64,000 nucleotides of DNA from Alphaproteobacteria bacterium (GCA_965658725.1 CBFHUI010000003.1:2891-66890), one strand, 5' to 3'; counted from the first letter of the stretch, positions 40,410 to 50,533 are shown. A program made the numbers and translations. The notes: generated by a model not told the origin, from the sequence alone.

Positions 40410-41978
40410 ATGCTTGCAAATGTCGTCATCCTCGGCGGCGGCATCGCGTCGTTCTGGTTCATCTGGGCGACGCTGGTCGGTGTCGGCCTGCTGCTCTCCC
40501 TGTTCTCCAACTTCACTGATGGCCTCAAGCGCCAGCCGTTCAGCGGCATTACCAGCTTCAGTCTGGTGGTCGGAACCGTGGGCATGGTCTTTGTCGCCCT
40601 GTTCAGCTCGCCCAAGCTGGGGATGGCCACGGTTTGGGCGCTCTACGTGCTGTGGCCGGTCTTTGCGGTGCTTGCAGCGGTCATGATCGCCAGTTGGGCG
40701 TTCAAGGGGCGCTTGGGTCTCTACGGACGGATCTATGAAAGCCCGATCGGGATGATTGGGCTGGGCATTTGCCTGTTTTGGGTGATTGCGGCGTTGATGG
40801 CGGACCTGCTGCCGCTGTACCAACCGCTTGAAGCGCTTTCCAAGAACAACGGCACCATCGTTCAGGGCGTGACCCGCAAGTTCAAGCTCGGCGCTGAAGC
40901 GCTGAATGGTCTGAGCTACGCCGACTATGTCAGGCTGTCGCTGGCCGAGGCGGCGGAGTACGGCAAGCTTTACAAATCCAACATTCGCGGCGGCGCGCCG
41001 GTGATGTCGTGGGTGGGAGAGGAAGGCGAAAAGCTGCCCGCCATTCTGGGTACAGACAAAGCCAACCGAGACATTTTCTCCCGCCTGATCTACGGCGCGC
41101 GGACAGTGCTGCCGCTGTCTATGGGGGCCACGCTGGTATCCTTTACAGTCGGCATCACGCTGGGCCTGATCGCAGGCTATCGCGGGGGCTGGTTTGATCA
41201 GGTCATCACCTTTATCGCCAATGCCATTCTTTCCTTCCCCGTTATCGTGCTGTTCTACCTGATCGTTCTGGTGGGTAAGGACGGGAACCTGAGCCGGGTT
41301 CTTGCAACGGTGATCTTCGCCTTTCCGCTGCTGCTCGTGCTGGCCGGGCTGTGGGGGCTGTATTCGGTCAAGATGGGGCGGCTGATCGGAATCCTCATCA
41401 TCTTCCTGCCCATCGCGATTTTCCTCTACCTGCGCAACTCCTGGGGTCTGCCTGCTATGGACGGGCTGGGCCAATGGGCCGGCGCAACCTTTGGCGGCGG
41501 AGATGCAGAGCGCGCGGCGGGGATTGCCCTTGCCGTGACCAACTTTGCACAAATGGAACCGCGGATGCTCAACGTCTTCGTCGCGGTTGCTTTCTCTTCG
41601 GCACCGGGGGCGTTCCGTCTGGTGCGCGGCCTGACGCTCGACGTGAAGGACCGTGACTATGTCGCCGCGGCACAGACGCGCGGTGAGAACCAGTTCTACA
41701 TCATGATCTTCGAGATCCTGCCGAACGTGCGCGGCCCCCTGTTGGTCGATGCGGCTTTGCGGATTGGGTACACGGCGATTTTGCTCGGCACGCTAGGTTT
41801 CCTCGCGCTGGGCCTGCCTCAGGAAAGCGCAGATTGGGGGTCCATGATCGCCCATGGTCGGGGACAGCTCCGCTTTGAACCGCAAATGGCCGTCATCCCG
41901 GCGCTGTGTATCGTCTCGCTGGTGCTGGGGCTGAATCTGCTCGCTGACACACTGCGCGAACAGTCGCTGAAGGATTAA
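40410..41978 (+). CDS. ABC transporter permease (DppC/OppC-like) with extra N-terminal TM helices
   Basis: 522 aa. About 100 aa with 3-4 extra predicted TM segments precede a typical OppC_N + BPD_transp_1 core. Confidence 0.85.
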   Translation: MLANVVILGGGIASFWFIWATLVGVGLLLSLFSNFTDGLKRQPFSGITSFSLVVGTVGMVFVALFSSPKLGMATVWALYVLWPVFAVLAAVMIASWAFKGRLGLYGRIYESPIGMIGLGICLFWVIAALMADLLPLYQPLEALSKNNGTIVQGVTRKFKLGAEALNGLSYADYVRLSLAEAAEYGKLYKSNIRGGAPVMSWVGEEGEKLPAILGTDKANRDIFSRLIYGARTVLPLSMGATLVSFTVGITLGLIAGYRGGWFDQVITFIANAILSFPVIVLFYLIVLVGKDGNLSRVLATVIFAFPLLLVLAGLWGLYSVKMGRLIGILIIFLPIAIFLYLRNSWGLPAMDGLGQWAGATFGGGDAERAAGIALAVTNFAQMEPRMLNVFVAVAFSSAPGAFRLVRGLTLDVKDRDYVAAAQTRGENQFYIMIFEILPNVRGPLLVDAALRIGYTAILLGTLGFLALGLPQESADWGSMIAHGRGQLRFEPQMAVIPALCIVSLVLGLNLLADTLREQSLKD

Positions 41979-41981
41979 GCC

Positions 41982-44174
41982 ATGTCGAAAGTCGAAATCG
42001 CTGGGCTCGATCCCACCGCACCCGTCCTCGAATGCCGCAACGTCTCGCTCTCCTACTTTACTCGCGCGGGCGAGATCCCGGCCGTTGTGGACTTCAACAT
42101 GACCGTGATGCCCGGTGAAGCGGTTGGTCTGGTGGGCGAGTCCGGTTGTGGCAAGTCGACCGTCGCGCTCGGCGTGATGAACTACATGGGCTCGACTGGC
42201 AAAGTCGTCAGCGGGCAAATCCTCTACAAAGGCCGCGACATCCTCACCATGACGGCAGAGGAGACCCGGCAAATCCGCGGTTCCGAGATTGCCATGGTGT
42301 ATCAGGAGCCGATGGCGTCCCTGAACCCGTCGATGAAGGTCGACAACCAACTGATGGAAGTGCCACTGCTGCACGAGGACGTTACCCGTGAGGAAGCGCG
42401 TCAGCGGGCGCGGGACATCCTCGACGCCGTGCGCTTGCCTGACCCAGACCGCATCATGAACTCCTACCCGCATCAGCTTTCAGGCGGTCAGCAGCAACGC
42501 GTCGTGATCGCTATGGCGCTGCTTTCCAAGCCGTCGCTGCTGCTGCTCGACGAGCCGACGACCGCGCTGGACGTGACCGTCGAAGCCTCTATCGTCGATT
42601 TGGTGCGCGACTTGGCGGCGGAGTTTGGGACGTCGATGGTTTACATCTCCCACAACCTCGGCTTGATCCTCGATACCTGTGACCGGATCAACGTAATGTA
42701 CTCGGGTGAAGCGGTCGAGTTCGGGACGGTGGATGAAGTCTTCAACAAAATGCGTCACCCCTACACGCAGGGCCTTTTCCGCTCCATCCCGCTGCCCGGT
42801 GCAGACAAGAACGCCAGTCCGCTGGTGCCGATCCGAGGGCAACTGCCCCTGCCGCATGAGCGGCCAAGGGGCTGTAACTTTCAGGACCGCTGCGACCACT
42901 TTGTCGCCGGGGTCTGCGACAAGGCTGAGATCGATATGCACCCGGTCGGGGGCCAGCCTGGTCACCTCAGCCGCTGTCTGCGCTTCAATGAGATCGACTG
43001 GGCCGCACCCCCGAAGATCGAAGACAGCGCAGCAGCGAGCGAGCCCGGGGACGTCGTGCTCGACGTTACCAATCTGAAGAAATACTACGAAGTTGCCGCT
43101 AACGCCTTTCTCGGCGCAGGGGAGCGCCGGACGGTCAAGGCGAACGAGGAAGTGGACCTGATCGCGCGTCAGTCTGAGACTGTCGCAATCGTCGGCGAGT
43201 CCGGCTGTGGCAAGTCCACCTTAGCCAAGGTGCTGCTTGGGCTGGAGACCGCGACGGCGGGGGAAGCCCAGCTCAATGGAACCGTTATTTCAAATACCCC
43301 TGTGCAGTCGCGCGGGCCCGAGACGCTTGGCAGCGTGCAAATGGTCTTCCAGAACCCCTTCGACACCCTGAATCCCAGCCAGTCCGTCGGCGCGCAAATC
43401 GTTCGCGCGCTGGAAAAGTTCGGGATCGGGGAGAGCGATGCGGCGCGCGAGGCCCGGATGCTAGAGCTGCTGGACTTGGTCAAGCTACCCCGCGACTTCG
43501 CCAAGCGCATGCCGCGCCAGCTCTCAGGTGGGCAAAAGCAACGCATCGGGATTGCCCGCGCCTTTGCTGGAACCCCCGCCGTTGTGGTTGCCGACGAGCC
43601 GGTTTCTGCGCTCGATGTATCTGTGCAGGCGGCGGTCTCGCAGCTGCTCATGGACATTCAGTCAGAGCACAAGACCACGCTGCTGTTCATCTCCCACGAC
43701 TTGTCGATCGTGCGTTATCTCTCAGACCGTGTCGTGGTCATGTACCTCGGCCACGTGGTCGAGCAGGGGACGACGGAGCAGGTATTTTCCCCGCCCTATC
43801 ATCCCTACACTGAAGCACTGCTTTCCGCCGTGCCGATCGCGGACACGCGGGTGAAGAAGAAGCGGATTATCCTCGACGGCGATATACCGTCGGCGCTCAA
43901 CCCGCCGTCGGGCTGCCCGTTCCAGACCCGCTGCCCGCGCAAGGCAATGGTCGAGGGTGATCTGTGTGAAACGACCTTGCCCCCGATGCGAACCCTTGCT
44001 GATGGGCACCAGGTCAAATGCCACCTTGCGCAGTCTATCCTCGATGAGATGGAAGCGGTGATCCAGATCGATGCGCTCGACTCGCTGGAGACTGGCGCCG
44101 AAGTTGGGCGCTCGGCCGCGCCAGCTCCAAGCGCTCGATCCAAGCGGGAGAAGCCGGCGATCGGCTCCGCCTGA
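41982..44174 (+). CDS. fused tandem ABC ATPase (DppD-DppF-like)
   Basis: 730 aa with two Walker A motifs (GESGCGKST twice) and two LSGGQ signatures. Both halves carry oligopeptide/dipeptide-type C-terminal extensions. Confidence 0.9.
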   Translation: MSKVEIAGLDPTAPVLECRNVSLSYFTRAGEIPAVVDFNMTVMPGEAVGLVGESGCGKSTVALGVMNYMGSTGKVVSGQILYKGRDILTMTAEETRQIRGSEIAMVYQEPMASLNPSMKVDNQLMEVPLLHEDVTREEARQRARDILDAVRLPDPDRIMNSYPHQLSGGQQQRVVIAMALLSKPSLLLLDEPTTALDVTVEASIVDLVRDLAAEFGTSMVYISHNLGLILDTCDRINVMYSGEAVEFGTVDEVFNKMRHPYTQGLFRSIPLPGADKNASPLVPIRGQLPLPHERPRGCNFQDRCDHFVAGVCDKAEIDMHPVGGQPGHLSRCLRFNEIDWAAPPKIEDSAAASEPGDVVLDVTNLKKYYEVAANAFLGAGERRTVKANEEVDLIARQSETVAIVGESGCGKSTLAKVLLGLETATAGEAQLNGTVISNTPVQSRGPETLGSVQMVFQNPFDTLNPSQSVGAQIVRALEKFGIGESDAAREARMLELLDLVKLPRDFAKRMPRQLSGGQKQRIGIARAFAGTPAVVVADEPVSALDVSVQAAVSQLLMDIQSEHKTTLLFISHDLSIVRYLSDRVVVMYLGHVVEQGTTEQVFSPPYHPYTEALLSAVPIADTRVKKKRIILDGDIPSALNPPSGCPFQTRCPRKAMVEGDLCETTLPPMRTLADGHQVKCHLAQSILDEMEAVIQIDALDSLETGAEVGRSAAPAPSARSKREKPAIGSA

Positions 44175-44232
44175 CGGCGGATGGAAATTCTGATTGCCAA
44201 AGCCGCGCAGTTGAGCGAACCTTAATTGCACT

Positions 44233-45129
44233 ATGATAAAGACAGTGCCAGCCCCCCGCTTCACCTACGATCCCAACACCGGCGCTCCCGCGGGAGCCAA
44301 AGCCGCATGGGAGGAGGCGGGTTGCCTCATCCTCGAAGGCTTTGTGTCTGAAACCGCCTGCGATGACTTGATCGCTGCCGCTGACCGCCTGTCGGGTGAG
44401 TTGGTTGATGCTGCTGACGGTCACGCCTTTGATGCCGTCGATAACCAACACGCGGACGAGGATTACTTTCTCAGCTCCGGCGATGTCATGCGGGCTTTTA
44501 TGGAGGATCGGGTCGAAGGGGTTGATCGGGTGCGTGCCGTGAACAAGCTCGGGCACGCCATGCACGACCTGGACCCCGATTTCGCCGCCTTTTCTCACCA
44601 GCAGCAGCTGTCCCGTCTGACCGAGCAGCTGGGTCTCGGCACGCCGTTGCTGCTGCAGTCCATGCTGATCTTCAAGCACGCCCGTGTTGGCGGTGAAGTG
44701 ACCATGCATCAGGACAGCACCTTTATTTTCTCTGAGCCGGAAACCTGCATCGGGTTCTGGTTCGCCCTGCAGGACGCAACCACAGAAAACGGCGCCATGT
44801 ACGCGCTTCCCGGCTGGCACCGTGGCCCGTTGGAGAAGCGGTTCTATCGGACCGGTGAGGGCAACGGAACGGAGTTTGAGCACCTTGCCGACGCTGACTG
44901 GCCGCTGGATGAAGCTGTGCCACTGGAAGCGCCCAAGGGTTCTCTGATCATGCTGCATGGCCGTCTGCCGCACCGTTCCTCAGCGAACATGTCGGACAAG
45001 TCGCGCTATGCGTACACCCTTCACACAATTGACGCTTCGGCCCGTTACCCGAACGACAATTGGCTGCGGCGGAGGGATGATCTTCCGCTGCGGACCTTTG
45101 GCGAGCACGGCACCACCACCGCGCGCTAG
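44233..45129 (+). CDS. PhyH-family Fe(II)/2-oxoglutarate-dependent dioxygenase
   Basis: HQDSTF (HxD facial triad) and a distal His in LHGRLPHRS. 298 aa. Confidence 0.8.
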   Translation: MIKTVPAPRFTYDPNTGAPAGAKAAWEEAGCLILEGFVSETACDDLIAAADRLSGELVDAADGHAFDAVDNQHADEDYFLSSGDVMRAFMEDRVEGVDRVRAVNKLGHAMHDLDPDFAAFSHQQQLSRLTEQLGLGTPLLLQSMLIFKHARVGGEVTMHQDSTFIFSEPETCIGFWFALQDATTENGAMYALPGWHRGPLEKRFYRTGEGNGTEFEHLADADWPLDEAVPLEAPKGSLIMLHGRLPHRSSANMSDKSRYAYTLHTIDASARYPNDNWLRRRDDLPLRTFGEHGTTTAR

Positions 45130-45195
45130 GTCCACCACAAACCGGGCGCACCCCGACCGCGACGCCCGGCACAACGACAAAAAAAGGAGAGCATC

Positions 45196-46215
45196 ATGCT
45201 CAAAGATTTTGGAGCGCACCCGGCGGACCGGGTGCCCAAGGCTGAACTACACGCTCATTTAGAAGGGACCATCCACGCGCCTGTGCTTCGCGCGCTTGCG
45301 GCGCGCAATGGTCTGACTTTGCCCGAAGGCGTGCTGGACGCCGACGACAACTACCTCTGGACCGATTTCAACGACTTCCTGAAGATCTACGACATGGCCT
45401 CATCGGTCATTCAGACCCCGGAAGACTACTACGACCTGACGCTCGACTACTTGCAGCGCGTGGCGGCGGAAGGCGGGATCTACGTCGAACTGCTGACCAG
45501 CCCGGACCACGTATTCAACCTTGGAATGACCCTCAAAGACCAGCTCGACGCGCTGGTGCAGGCGATCGACGACGCGCGGGAGCGGTTCGGGGTTGAGACG
45601 CGGATCAGCCAGACCATCGTGCGCCACTACGGCCCAGATAAGTGTATCGAAGCGGCCAAAGCCATCGCCGCTCACCCGCACCCCTACGTCACTGGCTTCC
45701 AAATGGCTGGGGCAGAGGACGCGCACACGCCTGCTGACTTCCGCCCTGCCTATGACATTGCCGCCGAAGCCGGATTGCGCTGCACGGCGCATACGGGGGA
45801 ATGGCTGGGGCCTGAGTCCATGCGGGAGACGCTGTCGGCGCTTCCTATGGTCGAGCGGATCGGCCACGGTGTGCGGGCGGTCTATGACCCTGAGTTGGTG
45901 CAGGAGTTAGCCCAGCGGCAGATCCCTTTTGAGGTCTGCCCCGGCTCCAACGTCGCGCTTAAAGTCTTTCCAACGCCCGAGGAGCACGGCCTCCGCGCGC
46001 TGTGGGAAGCGGGCTGTGTGATTACCCTGGCGTCCGACGATCCGCCATATTTCCACACATCTTTGGGGGCGGAGTACCGTTTTGCAGTGGATGTGGCTGG
46101 ACTGTCGGTGCCAGACCTATACACCATTACGCGCAATGCCCTGAACGCGGGCTTTATGGACGACGCGACGCGCGCGGCACTGATGATGCGCGTTGCCGCG
46201 TCAGAGGCGGCCTGA
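45196..46215 (+). CDS. add: adenosine/adenine deaminase family
   Basis: KAELHAHLEG metal-binding motif, the SDDP motif near the C-terminus, and TIM-barrel amidohydrolase fold. Confidence 0.85.
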   Translation: MLKDFGAHPADRVPKAELHAHLEGTIHAPVLRALAARNGLTLPEGVLDADDNYLWTDFNDFLKIYDMASSVIQTPEDYYDLTLDYLQRVAAEGGIYVELLTSPDHVFNLGMTLKDQLDALVQAIDDARERFGVETRISQTIVRHYGPDKCIEAAKAIAAHPHPYVTGFQMAGAEDAHTPADFRPAYDIAAEAGLRCTAHTGEWLGPESMRETLSALPMVERIGHGVRAVYDPELVQELAQRQIPFEVCPGSNVALKVFPTPEEHGLRALWEAGCVITLASDDPPYFHTSLGAEYRFAVDVAGLSVPDLYTITRNALNAGFMDDATRAALMMRVAASEAA

Positions 46216-46238
46216 CAGCCGCTGCCTGAACCGCGCGT

Positions 46239-46895
46239 TTGCGACCAGTAAGAAAGCGGAGATGCCCTGTGTCTGATTCCCTGACCATCGTTCAACACCC
46301 CTTGGTGACCGACAAGCTCAGCCAACTGCGCGACGTCCGCACAGACATGGCCCGTTTCCGCTCGCTCATGCACGATGTCAGCTTCATGCTTGGCTACGAG
46401 GCGCTGCGGGATTGGCCCATGGCTACGCGCCCGGTCGAGACCCCGCTGACCACCTTTGACGCCCCTGTCCGCGAGCCGCACCACCTCAATGTCGTTTCCA
46501 TCTTGCGCGCTGGTAACGGCTTCCTCGATGGCTTGCTGGCGCTGGAGCGGACGGCACGGGTGGGGTTTGTTGGGCTGAAGCGTAACGAAGACACGCTCAT
46601 GCCCGAGCAATACTATCTGAACCTGCCCAACGTGACCGAAGGCGTTACGCTGGTCTGTGATCCGATGCTGGCGACCGGTGGGTCATCCTCGCATGCGGTT
46701 CAGTTGGTCAAGGATCAAGGAGCAACCGACCTCAAGTTCATCTGCCTGCTAGCGTCTCCCGAAGGCGTGGCCAAGTTCAGCGGCGATCATCCAGACGTGC
46801 CGATTTTCACGGCATCGCTGGATGAACGCTTGAATGAGAAGGGCTACATCGTGCCGGGTCTGGGTGACGCCGGCGACCGCCTCTACGGGACTTAA
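46239..46895 (+). CDS. upp: uracil phosphoribosyltransferase
   Basis: HPLVTDKLSQLRD, then a PRPP-binding loop, then the C-terminal YIVPGLGDAGDRLYGT signature. The true start may be the GTG at 46269. Confidence 0.9.
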   Translation: MRPVRKRRCPVSDSLTIVQHPLVTDKLSQLRDVRTDMARFRSLMHDVSFMLGYEALRDWPMATRPVETPLTTFDAPVREPHHLNVVSILRAGNGFLDGLLALERTARVGFVGLKRNEDTLMPEQYYLNLPNVTEGVTLVCDPMLATGGSSSHAVQLVKDQGATDLKFICLLASPEGVAKFSGDHPDVPIFTASLDERLNEKGYIVPGLGDAGDRLYGT

Positions 46896-46897
46896 CC

Positions 46898-47458
46898 TCA
46901 GTCCGCGCCTTCGATCCCGTCGCTGGGCAGTGGGTTTGTGTTGAGCAATTGCAGCGCATCGGCGGCGAGCAACACGGGTTTCAGCTCATTCACAATGTCC
47001 GGCAAGGGCGCCATGGCGGCGGCGTCCGAGCCGTTGTCGAGCAGGCGCTGCATGCGAATGGTGTGCGGCTTGTCGAGCCGGCCGGCGACAACCGCCCCGC
47101 CCTCGATCGGGTTCATGCTGATTTGCAGCGGTCCTTCAAAGCCTTCGGTGCCTAGCGCTTCCTTGTCCACGCCCTCGGCGTCAAGAGTGTAGAACTGCCG
47201 CTCTTCGCTGCCCGGAAAGCTCAGACACAGGTACTTTGGCCCCGCTTCCCACTTGCCGAAACTCAGCGCCAAAGTGCTGTCGTCATCGCCGGTAACTTCG
47301 AGCAGGCCGTTGGCGTAAAAGCGGTAGAGTTTGCCGTCATCGCCCGCGAGCATGTTGCCGCCTAGGGCAAAAGACATATCCGCGCCCACGAGCGGCTCAG
47401 CGGCAGCAGACAGGGACAGGGCAAGGGCTGAAAAAGTGCCCAGAATCAAAGATCTCAT
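46898..47458 (-). CDS. hypothetical exported protein
   Basis: Signal peptide MRSLILGTFSALALSLSAAA. No family recognised. Confidence 0.45.
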   Translation of the reverse strand: MRSLILGTFSALALSLSAAAEPLVGADMSFALGGNMLAGDDGKLYRFYANGLLEVTGDDDSTLALSFGKWEAGPKYLCLSFPGSEERQFYTLDAEGVDKEALGTEGFEGPLQISMNPIEGGAVVAGRLDKPHTIRMQRLLDNGSDAAAMAPLPDIVNELKPVLLAADALQLLNTNPLPSDGIEGAD

Positions 47459-47550
47459 GAGAAAATTCCCTAAAGTATTCTGCGCCAATATAGCAGGACA
47501 AAGGGGTCTCCGAAAAGATCGAAGTTCAACTTTATCGCGAGAAAACCGAT

Positions 47551-48786
47551 CTAAATAACTGAATTTCCGGCAGAAAGCCCCGAAAGCCCCAAGTGCTTAG
47601 CCAGCGTTGCCCCCATATCGGCAAAGGTCGAAGACGTGCCGAGGTTCACACCCTTGGGCGCGGCTGGACCAAAGAACAGCATCGGGACTTGCTCCCGCGT
47701 GTGGTCCGTACCGGGCCAAGTCGGGTCATTCCCGTGGTCTGCGGTCCACAAAACTAGGTCACCGTCCCTAAGATAGGGGTAAAGCTCCGGCAGGCGGCTG
47801 TCCCAATGTTCCAGTGCGTCGGCGTAGCCATCAGGGAGGCGGCGATGCCCAAACTTGCTGTCAAAATCGACGAAGTTGGTGAACACCAGATCACCGTCAC
47901 TCGCCCGTCGCGCGGCATCGAGCGTGCCGTCCCAGAGTGCATCGAGCCCGCTGGCCTTGTTGCTGTGGGTGATGCTTCGGTGAGCAAAGATGTCTTCGAT
48001 CTTGCCGACCGACCAGACTGCACCACCGTTTTGCACCACGCGGTCGAGCAGGTTGTTCTCCGGTGGTGGCACGGCGAAGTCTTTGCGGTTGCCCGTGCGG
48101 CTGAAGTTTTCAGCAGAGGTGCCGACAAAAGGACGCGCGATGACGCGCCCGATGTTGAGCGGGTCGCACAGCGTCCGAGCAGCGGCGCAGACTTCGTAAA
48201 GCCGTTGCAAACCAAATGTTTCCTCGTGCGCTGCGATCTGTAGAACCGAGTCCGCGCTGGTGTAGATGATCGGCTTGTCGCTGCGGCAGTGCTCTTCGCC
48301 CAGCTCAGCGATAATCGCGGTCCCGCTCGCATGCTTGTCACCCAGAATGCCGGGCAGGGCACAAGCCTCCAGCAGAGCGGCGGTTAAATCAGCGGGAACG
48401 CACGGAATGGTGCGCGGGAAGTAGCCCCAGTCGAAGTCTACGGGCGAGCCGCAAATCTCGTAGTGACCGCTTGGTGTGTCCTTGCCACGCGATGTTTCGA
48501 TGGCGGAGCCGACGACGCCGGTAAAACCACTGTCCGGCCAAGCCAGCCCCGGCGGCACCCGACCTGTCGCGTTCTCACACGCCAGACCCAGCCCCAGACC
48601 CGCGAGATGAGGCAGGTGCAGCGGCCTTTTCTGTTGCGCGCACCAGTCAGCGATATGGCCCAGTGTGTCCGAGCCGGTATCAGGCAGGCTCTCCCCGGTG
48701 TCGGCGGTTATGTTGAAGAAGTCCTCTGCATCCGGGCCGCCGCCGCAACCGACGCTGTCGCACAGCAGAATAAAGGCGCGCGCCAC
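47551..48786 (-). CDS. deoB: phosphopentomutase
   Basis: 411 aa in the alkaline-phosphatase superfamily with conserved DeoB Mn-binding residues (LWTADHGNDPT). Confidence 0.9.
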   Translation of the reverse strand: MARAFILLCDSVGCGGGPDAEDFFNITADTGESLPDTGSDTLGHIADWCAQQKRPLHLPHLAGLGLGLACENATGRVPPGLAWPDSGFTGVVGSAIETSRGKDTPSGHYEICGSPVDFDWGYFPRTIPCVPADLTAALLEACALPGILGDKHASGTAIIAELGEEHCRSDKPIIYTSADSVLQIAAHEETFGLQRLYEVCAAARTLCDPLNIGRVIARPFVGTSAENFSRTGNRKDFAVPPPENNLLDRVVQNGGAVWSVGKIEDIFAHRSITHSNKASGLDALWDGTLDAARRASDGDLVFTNFVDFDSKFGHRRLPDGYADALEHWDSRLPELYPYLRDGDLVLWTADHGNDPTWPGTDHTREQVPMLFFGPAAPKGVNLGTSSTFADMGATLAKHLGLSGLSAGNSVI

Positions 48787-48788
48787 GA

Positions 48789-50117
48789 TCAGCGGACCAC
48801 GTCGAGTTCGAGTGGGCGGGGGGAGGGCTCCTCATCAGCAACCTCGATCGAGGCCCGAACCGCTGTTGCAGCGGCTTCAAAATCTGCTTCGTCGGCGGCG
48901 TGAACGACGGCCAGAGGACGCCCGTTTGGCGCAACTTCCGCGCCCGGCCCGGCAATGTCGCTCAGGCCGACGGCGTGGTCGATGGGTGCGCCGGGTTGAG
49001 TTCGACCGCCACCCAGGCCGATGATGGCAATGCCCAGATCACGGGTCGCGTGCGCGGCTACAAAGCCGCCTCGCTCTGCGTGAACGGGGCGGACGATTGC
49101 GGCTTGTGCGAGGTATTTGTCGGGGTTTTCAGCAAAGTCTGCCGGTCCTCCCAATCCCGCCACCATGCGCCCAAACCGCTCCAACGCTGCGCCGCTGTCC
49201 AGCGCTTCACGTGCGCGTTCGCGTGCTGTGACCGGGCTGTCGATCAGGCCGCTGTTCACCAGCATTTCACCCACCAGTGCGACGCAAATGGTGATCAGGC
49301 GCTCATCAGCGCGAGCCGGGTCGGCCATGGCAGCGACGGACTCGCGGACTTCAACCGCGTTCCCGGCGGCTTGTCCCAACACCCAGTTCATGTTGGTGAT
49401 CAGTGCGGAGGTTTTGCACCCGGCTGCGTTGGCCACATCAACGATGGAGCGGGCCAGTTTCCGCGCGTCGTCGAGCGTTGCCATGAAGGCGCCATTGCCG
49501 ACTTTCACGTCCATGACCAGCGACTGAAGGCCCGCTGCGAGCTTTTTCGACAGGATCGACGCGGTGATCAAGTCAATGCTCTCCACCGTGCCCGTGATGT
49601 CCCGGACGCCGTAGATGATCCGGTCAGCAGGCGCGAGGTTGGCCGTCTGCCCAATGATGGCGACGCCGTTTGCCTTGACGACTTGGCGGAAGGTCGCGTT
49701 GTCCGGGGCGATGCTGTAACCGGGAATGGACTCGAACTTATCGACGGTGCCGCCCGTATGGCCCAGTCCGCGCCCGGCAATCATTGGGATGACCAGGCCG
49801 CAGGCCGCCGCCATAGGCCCCAGCAGCAGGGAGACTTTGTCACCTACGCCGCCGGTCGAATGCTTGTCTGCCACGGGGCCGGGGAGGTCGAGATCGTCCC
49901 AGTTCAACCGCTCGCCGCTGTCGCGCATGGCAAGGGTCAGCGCTCGGCGCTCTTCGACGGTCATTTTCTGAAAAATCGTCGCCATGGCAAAGGCGGAGAC
50001 TTGCTCCCGCGCCACGGTTTCATTCGTTACACCTTCGATAAAGGCGGTGATTTCGGCGTCAGACAGCTCCTTGCCGTCACGCTTTCTGATGATGGTTTCC
50101 TGCGGGATATAGGCCAC
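48789..50117 (-). CDS. deoA: thymidine/pyrimidine-nucleoside phosphorylase
   Basis: DKHSTGGVGDKVSL phosphate-binding motif. 442 aa. Confidence 0.9.
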   Translation of the reverse strand: MAYIPQETIIRKRDGKELSDAEITAFIEGVTNETVAREQVSAFAMATIFQKMTVEERRALTLAMRDSGERLNWDDLDLPGPVADKHSTGGVGDKVSLLLGPMAAACGLVIPMIAGRGLGHTGGTVDKFESIPGYSIAPDNATFRQVVKANGVAIIGQTANLAPADRIIYGVRDITGTVESIDLITASILSKKLAAGLQSLVMDVKVGNGAFMATLDDARKLARSIVDVANAAGCKTSALITNMNWVLGQAAGNAVEVRESVAAMADPARADERLITICVALVGEMLVNSGLIDSPVTARERAREALDSGAALERFGRMVAGLGGPADFAENPDKYLAQAAIVRPVHAERGGFVAAHATRDLGIAIIGLGGGRTQPGAPIDHAVGLSDIAGPGAEVAPNGRPLAVVHAADEADFEAAATAVRASIEVADEEPSPRPLELDVVR

Positions 50118-50128
50118 GGACGGGCTCC

Positions 50129-50533
50129 CTAGCTGTGCAGTTGGTCCGCGCCGAAGACGTGGGGGTAAAGGTCGGCAAAGGTCAGCGTCTTGAGGATTCC
50201 ACGCTCGGGATGGGCGAGGTGGACGGGGACGCTGGCCGTGTCATCAATAAACTCCAACAGGCGCTGGCGGCAGAGGCCGCAGGGCATGCAGGGGCCTTCG
50301 GAGTTGCCGATGACCAGCAACTCTCGCACCTTGCGCCCGCCCGCCACGATCATGTGAGAGATGGCGGAGGGCTCGGCGCACCAGCCCGAAGGGTAGGCGG
50401 CGTTCTCGATGTTGCAACCGGCGTGGATGGCCCCGGTGTCGTCCCGGATGGCGGCGCCCACAAAGAAGTTGGAATAGGGCGCGTGCGCCCTGGCCTGCGC
50501 GGCTTTTGCGGCTTCGAAGAGGTCTTGGGACAC
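50129..50533 (-). CDS. cdd: cytidine deaminase
   Basis: CAE...PCGLCRQ zinc-binding motifs. 134 aa homotetrameric type. Confidence 0.9.
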   Translation of the reverse strand: MSQDLFEAAKAAQARAHAPYSNFFVGAAIRDDTGAIHAGCNIENAAYPSGWCAEPSAISHMIVAGGRKVRELLVIGNSEGPCMPCGLCRQRLLEFIDDTASVPVHLAHPERGILKTLTFADLYPHVFGADQLHS

